From an uncultured Verrucomicrobiae bacterium (GTDB lineage: Bacteria; Verrucomicrobiota; Verrucomicrobiia; Chthoniobacterales; UBA10450), in NCBI GenBank assembly GCA_963801815.1, contig CAWDGJ010000007.1, positions 96,001-160,000 of the forward strand: DNA of 64,000 nucleotides, given 5' to 3'. The notes beneath the pieces were generated by a model that was not told the origin of the DNA, ran no database searches, and saw nothing but the letters and a program-made list of their open reading frames with translations. The translations under genes were made by a program, and so were the position numbers. Below, piece by piece: positions 40,133 to 52,453 of this stretch; the stretch's first letter is position 1, and every line of letters begins with the position of its first letter.

Positions 40133-42502
40133 CTACTTGCCGCCTTCTGTTTCGTGAAACTTCAGCCAGGCGTTCCAGGCACGCTCGTAATTCTGCTTTT
40201 CAGCCCAGAGTTCAGCCTCGGCATATCTCCAGTAGGAAGGTGTATCTTTGCGCTCGCTAAAGTGACGCACGGTCTGGAGTGCGTCATCAGTTCGGCCGGC
40301 CTGTTTTTGCGCACGATAAAGTTCGTAACCGATCACATGATTGTCGGGCGAACCGCGGAACTGACTTTCCAGTTGAATGAGTGACGCACTCGAAGTAACC
40401 CGCGGCATCGGCGTGGGTTCGCCATATTTCTGGGTCAGATTATAAGCAGCGCGGAAATCGTTTTTACCTGCGTCGTACCGGGCGATGCCAAACCACGCGT
40501 AGGACAACCAGTTCGGATGCTGTTGGACCGCTTGGGCGAGCATTTCGCCATCCCCGCGTTCCGACCAGAGCGAAAAGAGCGCGAGTCTCTCGGGTTCGGA
40601 ATATGAACTGAGGTCTGGATCATTCTTCAACACTTCATCGAGAGCATTATTAAAATCGGCGCCGGTCAGCTGACTGAGATACGGCAGCGCGAGATCGTGA
40701 CGGCTGACGCCGCGTTCAGCCAGAAGGCGACGAAGCTCAGGGCTGTGCAAGGAAGCGCTACTCAACATTCGCGCGTAAACTCCGGAACGTTCCGGCGCGC
40801 GGCGCAACGCCTCCTGCCATGCCGTCGCGGCGAGGGCCGGCTGTTTCGCAGCAAGCCAGGCAGTCCCTTCGGCGAGCGGAAGTTCGTAGGAACTCTGTTC
40901 CAGATAGCGAGCGCGCCGGAAATCGTCCAGGGCGTTGGCCGTTTGTTTTAACGGGACTTCGGCGATGGCGCGTGAAAAATAAAGCTCCCAGTCGAGCGGC
41001 GCCCATTCCAATCCGAAATTGGTCAGGCGAAGTGCTTCATTGAAATCATGCTCCTGGTTCGCGATGACGGCGAAATGCTTGACATTGCTTACGCCGATGG
41101 AACCGGGAAGAAGTTTGTATCCCCGCGCGCAAACAACACACGTCACTCCGCCAACGAGCAAGATCAGTCCCAGGAATCGAAACAGGATCGACATCCGCCC
41201 CATTGGCCGAAACGAAAACGGACGATGAATCGAGAGCCCCAGCAAAAAGATAACAGCGAAGATTGTGCCGATGCGATGGCCGGAGACGTCGATCAAACCG
41301 TGCAACGCAAACAGGAAGGCAGCGATGAGCGTGCCGAGCCGATAGCGTTGATTAGTCCCTTCCTCGAGCGGGAAAGACTTGCGGACGATAAAAACGAATC
41401 CGGCAACAACGAGGACCACCGCGACCCAGCCAAGTTCCGACCACATCCAAAGCCAATCGCTCTCGGGATGAAGCGCGCGCTGTTCGCTAAACGACGCGGC
41501 GCGAAAAGTCGCGAACACCGATTCAAAATTGCCCAGGCCGATTCCGAGCCAGGGCGAATCGCGCAGCAGTTGGAAAACGTCGGAAAAAATTCGCCAGCGA
41601 AAATCGGTTGAGACGTCGAACTCGCCGAAATGGCGAAATCGTTCCAAGGTTTGTCCACCAAAAATGAGCAGCGCCGTAAGGAGAAGAAGCAGGAACGAAA
41701 CAACGAGCGCAATTTTTGAGGGAGATCGTTGCCGAAGCGAAAAAACACCCAGCCAAAGCGCGCAGCCCGCGACGAGAAGGCCGACTCCAGCACGCGAATA
41801 ACTGAAGATGACCGCAGCAATCACGAACCCGAACGCGATTAACCATGCAATCCAGCCCTTTCGTCCTTTGCGCAGATCGTCCTGGCCGCAAACCAGAACC
41901 ATGATCGCGGTCAGCCCGAAAAGATCGCCGGTCTGATTGCGATTCGGGAACGGCCCGAAGCCGCGCTCATTGTGCCAGAATGGCAGAGCGCCATGACGCA
42001 GCCAAAGCAGAACGCAGGTCGTTGCCAGAATGGCGATACCGGCTGTAAAGATTCGCGCGGCGGTGCGCGCTTCACGCAACCCCAGCGGCTCACTGCACAT
42101 AACGTACAGCCAGCACAACCCTGCCAGGAGACTGAACCAGCAAGTTAATGTGATCCACGGTTGCGGACTCAACGTTGTCGGAAGGGAAATGCCGAGATCG
42201 TCCGTGAAGGCCGCGCGCCAGGCCGGCTTGAGAAACCAGTCGGCCGGCAAAAAACCGGCTACGGGCAGAAGCAAAAACGCGAATAGGATGAGATTGAGCG
42301 CCAGGCCGAGTGAAAAACGCGGCGGCCGCACGACGAGAAAAAGTCCGAGCAGCGCAACAGTAATTCCTTCCGCCCATTTGTGGGTAGCGCCGCCTAAAAA
42401 GCAGGCGAGGACGGGCAATAGTGCGAGAAACGCTTCGGGAAATGGGCCGGGCGTGCCCCTGCGGTCGTATCCAGAGTCGGACTGATCTACTGTGTTTTCC
42501 AT
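40133..42502 (-). CDS. O-antigen ligase-family membrane protein with TPR-like C-terminus
   Basis: Many TM segments; GPFPNRNQ, SYSRAG, GIGLGNF, HPESDWL; helical C-terminal region. Confidence 0.85.
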   Translation of the reverse strand: MENTVDQSDSGYDRRGTPGPFPEAFLALLPVLACFLGGATHKWAEGITVALLGLFLVVRPPRFSLGLALNLILFAFLLLPVAGFLPADWFLKPAWRAAFTDDLGISLPTTLSPQPWITLTCWFSLLAGLCWLYVMCSEPLGLREARTAARIFTAGIAILATTCVLLWLRHGALPFWHNERGFGPFPNRNQTGDLFGLTAIMVLVCGQDDLRKGRKGWIAWLIAFGFVIAAVIFSYSRAGVGLLVAGCALWLGVFSLRQRSPSKIALVVSFLLLLLTALLIFGGQTLERFRHFGEFDVSTDFRWRIFSDVFQLLRDSPWLGIGLGNFESVFATFRAASFSEQRALHPESDWLWMWSELGWVAVVLVVAGFVFIVRKSFPLEEGTNQRYRLGTLIAAFLFALHGLIDVSGHRIGTIFAVIFLLGLSIHRPFSFRPMGRMSILFRFLGLILLVGGVTCVVCARGYKLLPGSIGVSNVKHFAVIANQEHDFNEALRLTNFGLEWAPLDWELYFSRAIAEVPLKQTANALDDFRRARYLEQSSYELPLAEGTAWLAAKQPALAATAWQEALRRAPERSGVYARMLSSASLHSPELRRLLAERGVSRHDLALPYLSQLTGADFNNALDEVLKNDPDLSSYSEPERLALFSLWSERGDGEMLAQAVQQHPNWLSYAWFGIARYDAGKNDFRAAYNLTQKYGEPTPMPRVTSSASLIQLESQFRGSPDNHVIGYELYRAQKQAGRTDDALQTVRHFSERKDTPSYWRYAEAELWAEKQNYERAWNAWLKFHETEGGK

Positions 42503-42654
42503 CAGGCGAGGTACGCTGGAATGGTATGGGAATCGCTTTTTAGTCCGAAAGCGATTCGTTTACGGAATCGGAATGTCATGAACCCCGAAAGACTAGCACG
42601 AGTTGAAGGTCTCACGCCATCGCGTACTCTGAGCCTCGGCGCAGCAAATTAATC

Positions 42655-44051
42655 ATGGTAACGCAACGGACGGAAGGACTTTATCGCCTCTTTCTGTTTT
42701 GCCAGATCGTGATGGTGGCCGGCCTTTTCTGGCTCGGTGTCTGGATCATGGTGACGTTCTACTCGCCCAGCGCCGAGCTGACCTGGAGGCGTTACGGAAT
42801 TTACTGCGGCATGCTCGTGCTTGGAATGCTCCTGGAAGCCCTCACTCGATCGAAAAATTATTTTTTGCAAAACGAGTTGCTCCGGCAGCATCGGCTTACT
42901 TTGCGCCAGACAGTGGCCAGCGTCGGATTGCTGGTGGTTTACCTGATCGCAACCAAAGACGCATTCATCTCGCGTGTCTTTTTATTCAACTTTGTACCGT
43001 GGCTCTACGTCGCTCTGCTGTTCTCCCATTACTATCTTCCATCGATTCTCGCCCGCGGAATTTTTCGAAACGAAGACAAGACCTTGCTCGTTGGCTCAAG
43101 CCGGCGAGCCGAACAGCTTGGCGAATGGTTGCACCGCAAGGCGGAAATCGGTTTGCGCACCGTCGGGTTGATTTGCGAGGAAGAGATCGACCAGACGCGC
43201 GACCACATTCCGGTGCTTGGCAAACCCGACGAGATCGAGAAGGTGATTCGTGAGCGTGGAATCACTCAGGTGATCCTGCTCGAATTTCCGCTTTTCGCCA
43301 ACGCTTACGAAAACGTCATTCAAACGTGCGACCAGCTCGGCATTCGTTTGCTCATCCTAAGCGACCTGGAGGAAAAACTGCGCCACTCGGTAACTCACTT
43401 CGAGGACGGCGGATTTCGGTTCATCGGATTGCGGGAGGAGCCGCTCGAAAATCCACTCAACCGTTTCTTGAAGCGCGCGATCGATTGTCTGATCGCAATT
43501 CCGATCATGATTTTCATTTTTCCCCTTCTGACGCTGATCGTGTTCGTCGGCCAGCGACTGCAATCCCCTGGCCCGCTTTTTCATGTCCAACGCCGGGCCG
43601 GTTTTCAGAATCGACAGTTCGAGATCTACAAATTTCGCACCATGCACTCAAGTAACGGCGAATTAGCGCGCCAAGCGAGCCTAGCCGACGAACGAATTTA
43701 TCCTGCTCGGGAAGTGGTTTCGCAGACTCAGTATCGACGAAGTGCCGCAGTTTTGGAACGTGCTGCGCGGCGACATGAGTATCGTCGGTCCGCGACCGCA
43801 TTTGATCGAACACAACCAGCAATTTTCGCAGGTACATGGGCAACTACCATGTTCGTACGTTCGTGAAACCCGGTATCACCGGTTTGGCGCAGGTTCGTGG
43901 CTTCCGGGGCGAAGCCCGCAACGGCGCCGACATCGCCAACCGCGTGGCCTGCGACATCGAGTATCTTGAAAACTGGAATCTTTCGCTCGAACTCGCGATC
44001 ATCATGCGGACGTTTTTCCATCTCGTGAGGCCGCCGCACACTGCTTATTGA
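42655..44051 (+). CDS. Priming undecaprenyl-phosphate glycosylphosphotransferase (WcaJ-like), frameshifted
   Basis: [44 protein letters not shown]. Confidence 0.92.
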
Positions 44052-44064
44052 GTTCCCGGATTCG

Positions 44065-44915
44065 TCAGCCGCGATTGTTGCGCTTCCGATATTCGTAGGT
44101 TTTCGCAACGATCAGGAATTCGTAAGTCGCGTGAAGTCGGGCGAAATAGTAACCCTCACGCCCATCGAGAAATCCCTTTTGCCAGAGGTAAATGTAAAGA
44201 AATCGTAGCAACGGCCGAAACGGCAATCGCCTGGCAAACCTTTTAAGCGATCGCTTCAGATGGGCATGTTCGTGCGCGAGTAGCCCGTTGTTTTTCCCTT
44301 CCACGCTGCGACGCGCGCTTCCCAGTTTGAATAGCGATTGTGTTTCTCAACGAAGACGTCGATCGACGGAAACGCGTAATGGTCCATCTCGCACTGCAAA
44401 CGCGCAGTTGGTCCTTGCACGACGACATGCTCGTGGACTTCGTTGTCGCCGCTGTCGGTCTCGGCCTCGGTCAATTTTTCGTAGCGACCCAACGAGTGGC
44501 GGAACAGACGCAGATTCCAGTTCGGATAATAAGCGTGCCGCAGCCAGCGACCCATGAACATGAATCGGCGATTGATCCAGTAACCGGCAATGTCGCCCGC
44601 ATTTGCGATCGCCGTCGGCAAATTCCACTTCCGCTTCGGGCGGCAACACTTCGTCGGCATCGAGGATGAAGACCCATTCGTTTTTGAACGGCAGATTCTC
44701 CAGCGCCCAGTTCTTCTTCTTTGGCCACGTCCCGTTGAACCGAAACTGCACGACCCGCGCGCCATGCTCTCGGCAATCTGCGCTGAGCCGTCGGTGCTTT
44801 GCGAGTCGACCACGAAAATTTCGTCCGCCCATCGAACGGAATCGAGACAGCGCGGGAGATTCGCCGCTTCGTTTTTGATCGGAACGATGACCGAAACCGG
44901 AACGCGAGAAATCAT
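44065..44915 (-). CDS. GT2 glycosyltransferase, frameshifted
   Basis: VSVIVPIKNE, VVDSQSTDG, ILDADE, EVHEH, GFLDGREG. Confidence 0.85.
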
Positions 44916-45465
44916 CGCGGTCGGAGAACGCGGCAGGGATTGCCCGCGGCGATGACGTTGTCCGGAACATCTTTGGTCACGACCGAACAGGCACCGACGA
45001 TCGCGCGCGCGCCAATCCGCACACCCGGCAAGACAAAAGCGCGGGCGCCGATGAAAGCGTCCTCGCCAATCGTGATTTTGGCGGCAGCCAACGGCATGCC
45101 GGGTCGGTGAAATCGTGACTCGCGCTGCTCAGATAAACTTCCTGCGCCACGGTCGCGCGCGCGCCGATTTCAATTTCGCCTAGACGATAGGCGTTGGCCC
45201 GATCACCGAGGCAGGCGCGATCGTGCAGAGTCAGATTCCACGGAATGGCGATGCGCGCGCGCTGATGCACAAACGGTGTACCATCGATCTTCGCATCGAA
45301 AACGCGCAACCAGAAGAGTCGCCACTCGTTCAGCGGTTTCGGCGTCCAGCTGCAAAAGACGAACCAGCAAAATTCCCAAAGCACGCGCAGGAACCGGTTC
45401 TCGGGCGTCCATGGCGATTCGTAGGGCGACTGTTGGCGCGGATTAACGATTTGGGGTTGTGGCAT
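44912..45465 (-). CDS. WcaF-like polysaccharide O-acetyltransferase, frameshifted
   Basis: WRLFWLRVF, IPWNLTL, FIGARAFVLPGV, AGNPCR hexapeptide repeats. Confidence 0.85.
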
Positions 45466-46590
45466 CGGAGTTATGGATAAGCGAACTAAAATCGGCAATG
45501 AAGCGGTCGGCAACCCGCGGCAGCGAGTACTCGCTCGATTTGCGATGACCGGCTTCAGCGACGCGCGCAAGAACCGCATCGTCGCGGACCATTGCTTCCA
45601 GTTTTTTTCCAAGCGATTCGGTGGGATTTTTCGAGCGATGGTCAAAAACAAAGCCGGTTTCACCGTCGCGAATGAAGTCGCCAAAGCAGTCGAGTTTCGA
45701 CACGAGGACGGGACAACCGTGCGTCATCGCTTCAAGCGGTGCGAGCCCGAAAGATTCGCCGCGCTCCGCAAGCGATGGATAGACGAAGACGCGCGCGTCT
45801 CGAAAAATTTGCTCAAGCGCGACAGGATCAAACACTGACCCGGCGAAAATCACCTGGCCGGCAATTCCTGTGGCAGAACGCCTGAGAGCATCCAAATGCC
45901 CCGCGCCACCTCCGCCAAATTTCGTTTCCGTTGGACCTACGATCATTAGTTTCCAACTCATAAAAGCAGTGGGCGTTCCGCGAACGAACGCGTCTACCAA
46001 AAGATGCACTCCTTTTTCGGGGTGCACGCGGCCGACAAAAAGAATAATCTTGCTCCGATCCGCGAGCGGGGGCGGCGGACCAGAAGTCGGTCCAGGTGCT
46101 GGATATGGAATGACCGAGACTTTTTCCGACAGATGCGGCACTTCTGCGGCGATGGCGCTGCCGACGGCATTCGATGGCGCCTGCAACCGTGCCGCGCGAT
46201 GATAAAAGCGCATTTGCCCTTTCGGATAGCGACCGACATGGACATACACTTTCCCGCAGCTGGGATCGCGCAACAAGATCGGAAGCCAAAACGTGTTTGT
46301 GACGACAATGTCGGCCGCGGCAAGACCGACACCACTCTGACCGAGTAAAGAAGATCGAGGAACTTCAGCCAGATGAGCGAACGCGGCGCGTCAAAACCAC
46401 GTACTCGCAAATGCCGAAGCCCGTCTGCCACTTCGTCGCGCGGTAGATTCGGCAGTTTACGGGATACGACTACGACTTCATGACCGCGGCGGACAAATTC
46501 CTGCGCGAGTGCAAACCAAATTTTTTCGACGGCACCGCCCATGGTTGGCGGGACTGGAAAAAATGCGCCGAGAACGATCGTGATTTTCAT
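45443..46590 (-). CDS. GT4 glycosyltransferase, frameshifted
   Basis: GGAVEK; VGRVHPEKG; ESFGLAPLEAM. Confidence 0.88.
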
Positions 46591-47755
46591 CGCAAAGACA
46601 GAGGTTCGTTCAAGATCTGAAGAAGCGAATCGGTGGCCTTGCCGATTTCAAAACGTTGCTCGAAACAGCGTCGGGCATTGGCACGCATCGCGTCGCGCAC
46701 TGTCTGAGGCGCAGCGATCCAGCGATTCAATAAACGGACCGTTCCCGAAAAATCATCCGCTTCCACGTAACCGGCGCGGTCCTGGTCGACTTCACGCCAA
46801 ATATTGATTCGATTGGAAATCAACACCGGCAGACCGGCGGCCAGCGCTTCGACGACCGCCATGCCAAAGTTTTCCTGGTGCGATGGAAGAACGAATGCAT
46901 CGGCCACTTCAAACGCGGCCTGTTTCATTTCACCCTGCAACATTCCGGGAAAGGCCACGCACGATCCGAGTTTCAAACGATCGACGCGCTGTTGCAGCTC
47001 CGCCTGCCAGCCCATTTGATCGGGGCCGGCCATTAGAAGCGAGACAGAGTCATCAGCTGTTTGCGCAAAAGCATCGATGAGAATATCGCAACCCTTTTTT
47101 GGATGAAGCCGGCCAAGAAAAAGAAGCACGCGTTTGTCGCGCAGCTGCGGAAAACGTTGGAAGAAATTCTCGCGCGCTTGCGGAGATGCCGGTGGCGGAG
47201 ATTCGACCCCGAGCGGCGATACTGTTTCGTGAGCCCGATAAAGCCAGAACGATTTGCGCGCGAGCAATCGTTCTTCTTCGGACGTGAAGATGACCGCAGC
47301 GGCGTCGCGCAGGACTCGATAATCGGCCCACGGCCAATAAAGCCATTTCTTAAAATGCTTGAGCGGAAACGTTTCCTTGAACCACGGATCGAGCATTCCG
47401 TGCGGGAAAACAAAATAACTGTCCGAGACTGCGCATAGCGTCGCCACGCGGCGAAGCTCAGGTATTGCCAAAGTCCGTTGACGATAACGCGGTCGTAATC
47501 GTTGCCGTGCTTTTTCAGCCAGGGCAACAAATTTGGCGAATAACGATAACTCGTTAGGCCACCGCCAAGCGCGTGAACGGGCAGGCCAATGTCCACCAGC
47601 CAGGGTGCGTCCGGATCATCCAGCACCACGACGTCGACCTTATGACCACGGTTCACCATTCCGCGACTGAGCCCAAGGACTGCCGCCGCCACGCCGCCGA
47701 CGCTCGGATCGAGCGTGTGCACGAGTTGCAGGATCTTTAGAGCGCTAGGACTCAT
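46587..47755 (-). CDS. GT4 glycosyltransferase, frameshifted
   Basis: PHGMLDPW; GRLHPKKG; ENFGMAVVEA. Confidence 0.88.
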
Positions 47756-47791
47756 TCCGGGCTAGATATCACGGCCGATATTCCGTCTGAT

Positions 47792-47932
47792 AATAGCCCA
47801 GCGTTTCAACGCTGGGCCTTCAAGGGCGATTCTCCGCCAAGTCCCAATAGGGACGGCAGAAAACTCCTTTCGTCCCTCCCGGGACTCATACCTCGATAAA
47901 CGATTTACCCAGCCTTGAAAGGCTGGGCTATT
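47792..47932. repeat. MITE/REP-like element, family C
   Basis: AATAGCCCAGCGTTTCAACGCTGGG ... AGTCCCAATAGGGACG ... CGTCCCTCCCGGGACT ... CCCAGCCTTGAAAGGCTGGGCTATT; nested inverted repeats. Confidence 0.8.
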
Positions 47933-47955
47933 GTCGATTGCAAAATTAATTGGCG

Positions 47956-48622
47956 CTAGACAACGAATCCTTCCGTCCGCTGGAAATATTTGCACTCGGG
48001 CGAAAGCTTCTCGATCGGGCGCGCCGGGACGCCGCCGTAAAGCTGATACGATTCGGTAAAAGCTTTGTTCACCAGCGACTTGGCGCCGACCACGCAGAAA
48101 TCGGGAAGAACGCTGCCGCCGAGCACAACGCAATTCGTCCCGACAAAGCAATAATCGCCAATCCGCACCGGCTGCGACGTCTGCCGATTTCTCTCGATGT
48201 CGACACTGTGAGTCATAATTTGCGATTGAAGTCCGGCGAAAGTGCTGAATTTCCCGATCGTGACCGAATTCGTGCAATCGATGAAATGGCGATGAGTGAT
48301 GGCGGAATGTTCGCCGACAATCAGTTGCGGCCGACGATCTGTCTCTTCGGCGAAATGGCGTGACGGTCCGAGCGGAAATCCGGTGATCCAGTTGCCGCGC
48401 CCGATCATCGAGTGGGCCTCGAGATGCAGCAGATCGAGACCTTTGCAGAGCGTCAGATGATCGATCCTCGTGTTCTCTTCCATGATGAGGCGCGTCGGGA
48501 TTGATCCACGACAAACCAATTCGAGCCGTCGGGTGGATTTGATAACCGAATTGCTTTTCCAGAAACGACCGGCGCAATCCCCACGGCAAGAAGAAACTGA
48601 AGAGCATCAAGAACTTTTTCAC
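47956..48622 (-). CDS. Hexapeptide-repeat acyltransferase, frameshifted
   Basis: IHPTARIG, IGDYCFVGTNCVVLGG, YGGVPARP. Confidence 0.8.
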
Positions 48623-49749
48623 AGTGGCGCCCCCAAACTGCGATAAACGTCGATGTAACGCGAAATCATTTTTTCCGTCGAGAATCTTTCGGCATTGCGC
48701 AAACTCTTCTCACTCCAGTCTGCGCGTTCGGCTGGATCACTCAGTCGCAAAATATCCGCGGCGAAACCTGCTTCGTCGTCGCATCATGAAACAGGCCGGC
48801 ATCACCGGCGGTCTCCGGCATTGGAGCGATATTGCTGCAAATAACCGGACATCCGCACGCCTGCGCTTCAATGATCGGCCAGCCGAATCCTTCCGAAAGC
48901 GACGGAAATAGACAGCGCGACCGCGCAATTGTAGAGCGCTTCGAGCAGATGGTCGGGCGCGTCTGTTGATTTCGAACAATGCGATCCGGATGCCGAGCTG
49001 ACTCGGCCAGCGAAAGCTGCTCGCGAATCAAGGTGGTCACCTGCGAAAACGAGGCGCGCATCCCATTTGTCTTTGGTGCGCGCAAAAATTCGAAGAACGC
49101 CGTCGCGATTTTTGCGCCGCAGATTGGAGCCGACATGCAGAACAAACGGCTGGAGTTAGCCCGGAGACATTCTTCAAACGCGCAATAGCTTCAGCCTCCG
49201 GAAGTTTTCGATAGGGATAATTCAATCCGTTGTTGATCATCTCGAGTTTCGGCGAAGGCTGATTGCGGGAAACAAGCCGCTTCGGCGTCGTCGCAGGTCG
49301 CGTGTGAAACGCAAACGAGCGTGTCGGCGCGACGAAGGCTTCGCAGAATCCAGCGTTGCAAGCAGCCGGCCGGTAAATGAGACCGGACAATGCAGTTCTT
49401 CACCCAGCGCGCTGCGCACGGCGATGCAGATCGTGACAGGTCACGACGACCGGAGTCTGTCCCGCACTCGTCGGCGTACATCGCGTTGGAATGATCGCAA
49501 ATGTGAACAACGGCAGCTCGCTGACTGAGTCGTTTCCGCAGTTGTCGCGGAAACAAAATGAACTTGTCGATGTAAGCGAGCCATTTGCCGAAGAAATTGT
49601 CGTATTCCGAAGAGTTTTCCGAAAACGGGAGCCGGCGCAGCGACTTCGACTGGAATTCCGGCGGCAGCCAGTCCCTGCAGCATCATCGTGGCGAAACGCT
49701 GCATGCTTTGTTGCCGATCGAGCGGATAATTACCGATCAACAGAACCAT
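48619..49749 (-). CDS. GT4 glycosyltransferase, many frameshifts
   Basis: [40 protein letters not shown]. Confidence 0.8.
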
Positions 49750-49836
49750 TGGTGTGATCGGGAGCGATGGGGCGCGCGGTGAATTCGGTCTGCAAAAACG
49801 GATCGTCGCGGAAGCGGCTTTGGTTCAATCTGCTCG

Positions 49837-51225
49837 TCAGTTTCTCCCTCGTCGGGCAGCCGGCACTTCATCCAGATTCGTGGCGGCCAGGCAAAGTCCT
49901 GCAAGCACTACTGTGAAACCGAGAGTGGTCGGCTGACCGAGCTGACCATTTAGCACTGTCAGAAACGCGCAGAAAAATAAAAGGATCGGCAATACTTCGC
50001 CCAGCTTGAGCGCGCGCAAACTGTCCCTGAACAGTTTTCCGGCCAGCGCAATGCGCCAAACAATGAATGCCAGTCCGAGTATCGGTCCGCTTTCAGCGAT
50101 GATTCGACCCCATTCGTTTTCCGTCAACAAAATCGTGCCCTGACCGACGAGAAATCGCGCGCCGCCCGCAGTCCCAAGTCCGAGACCGTATCCGGTCAAC
50201 GGTATTTTGAACAGATAAGGCAATGGATCGGTGAATTCATGGACCATTCGGTCGATGAGTCCGCCGACTATCGTTGTCTCCCCGACCTCGGCGGAATCCA
50301 CGAAGCGGTCGGAGAGAACGTCGAGGCCTTCTTTGAAAAACGGAAGCCGGCTGGCGATGAGCCCAACAATAGCAATCGCGAGCAGCATGCCGCCAAATTT
50401 GTTCACCGCCGAAGGCTGAACCAGAAGGATGACGAGGATGGCCACTACCACCAGGACTACGGCCAAAACGCAGGCCCGGCTTCCGGAGACAATCACTCCA
50501 ATGAGAAGACCTGCAGCCGAAGCCATCAGAAGCCAACGCTTGTAAACTCCTTTGTTCAAGACTCCGTAAATCAGGAAAGCCATCGTGACACTCAAATAAA
50601 AAACCGGTCCTGAAATAAAGGAGAAGGTTCCCGGCGGTCGGATTTTCCCACCTGAGGTCGTAAGCTGCAGCCCTTCGCCCGCACCGACGGTCTTATTAAT
50701 GAACGAGTCCGGAGAGGATTGAAACTGCAATGCCATCAGGACCGCCATTGGAATCATCAATAGCAAAGTCCATTGGCCGACTTTTTTTACGTCTTCCAGA
50801 TTCAACGCACTTGCCATCACGAATATCAGCGGCAGATGAAAAAAATTTGAGCGAAATCCGTAGAGGTCTGCGAGCACGATCGCCTTGAACGGGAAATACG
50901 AGGAGAGATTTACGAGGGTGAAGAGAACGACGAAGGAACACCGATGAGGCCCAAGAAGAGCAGCCAGATGTTATTTGGGAAGATACGAGCGCGCATCGCG
51001 AAATAATAAATCGCCAGCACTACTGGATCGCGAATCGACCAGCAGCGGATCAGACAAACTCGGCAATGCCCATTTCCGAAGAGCGCCTTCAATGACGAGA
51101 AGAATGACGTAGATCCAAATCGAAATTCGGACCGCGCGCAGGCTGTGAGGTTGTTCCGCCGGTGGCAGGTTCGACGCAGCCGATAAAGATTGAGGTGCGG
51201 TCGCTGCTCTCATTGGGTGGCGCAT
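49837..51225 (-). CDS. Putative polysaccharide polymerase (Wzy-like), frameshifted
   Basis: About 10 TM segments; EGALRKW, RPPGTFSF, SGSRA, GYGLGLGT, E.G..G; position within the locus. Confidence 0.65.
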
Positions 51226-51226
51226 C

Positions 51227-52453
51227 TTAGCTCTCCATCACTTCCCGTGCCACCTTCACCAAGCCGTCCCGGTAATTTTCCCACCGCCGCGATTGGGCCT
51301 TCTGCTGCGCCGCTAATTTCATCGACATCAGTTCGTTCGTGATCGCGTCGCCAGCAGATCCAGTTTCTCCGCAATCGCTTCCGCTGAACGGATCGGGACG
51401 ATGAAACCGTCGCTTCCATTCTCGATGACGTCCGAGCCCGCAGTGTGATCGGTCGTAATCACCGACGTGCCTTGCGCCATCGCTTCCAGAATCACTAAGC
51501 CGAAACCTTCAAATAACGACGGCAAGACCAGCACATCGTGCTCGTGCATTTCGCGCAAAACGGCGCCATGACTCAAAGTCGGGAGCCAACGATGGGTTCG
51601 AATTGCAGATTCCAGCGGCGCGCAACCGTCCACGACCTTTCGGCCGAGCAAAGTCAGTTCTACTCCGCCTTGCAGCGACTTGATCGCCTTTAGTAAATAG
51701 GACAAACCCTTTTCGCTGACCAAGCGAGCCGGCGAAGAGCACTTTCAATGGCCGCGAAGGCTTGGAGATTTCGTCGAAAACCGTCGGCGGCGCGCCGTAG
51801 GGAATGATGTCGATCTTTGCGGTGCAGGGCGAGTCAGCGAGCGTTTGTTTCGTGAACGTGCTCGCGACGACAACGCGCGTGGCCAATCGTAGTTCGTCAT
51901 CTTTGCGCGCGAGTTTATCGGCGCTGTCGAGCGTGCCAGTTAACGTCGGCGCCCACTCCGGTTCGCGCTCGGCTTCTTCGGCAAAGATTCGTTGCCCAAC
52001 TTGCCAGTAACCGATCGGCAGATCGTAAATTCGTTTGAATCCGCGCTCGCGCGCGGCGCGAAAGCTTTCGAGTGCGCCGTCTTCGTAAGCGTAAACTGCG
52101 CGGAGCGCTGTCGATCTTACGCAATCGCTGCGCGACTTTCTTGTCCAGCTCGCGAAAAACTGAGTCGATGCTAAACGCTCCGGTTTCATGGCGCGACGAC
52201 AGATCCGGCCGCGCCGGCGAGCAGGCGAATTGCTTCCCGAACAGGAAGAGTTCGCGTGCGCGCCCGAATCGATTCAGGAAAGGAACGCCGGGCGAACCGT
52301 TCGCGAACGGATGGTGGAAAAGCTCGGTTGATCGGCGACTTCGAATTCCAACTGATCGTAGTCCAGAATTCGCTCGAGCATGTCGGCACGATCGAATGCG
52401 ACCAGCGCTTCACGCACGAATTCGTTGCCGATGGGATGGGAAAGCAAAATCAT
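51227..52453 (-). CDS. GT4 glycosyltransferase, frameshifted
   Basis: MILLSHPIGNEFVR start; FAGSLGQRKG; LPSLFEGFGLVILEAM. Confidence 0.82.
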
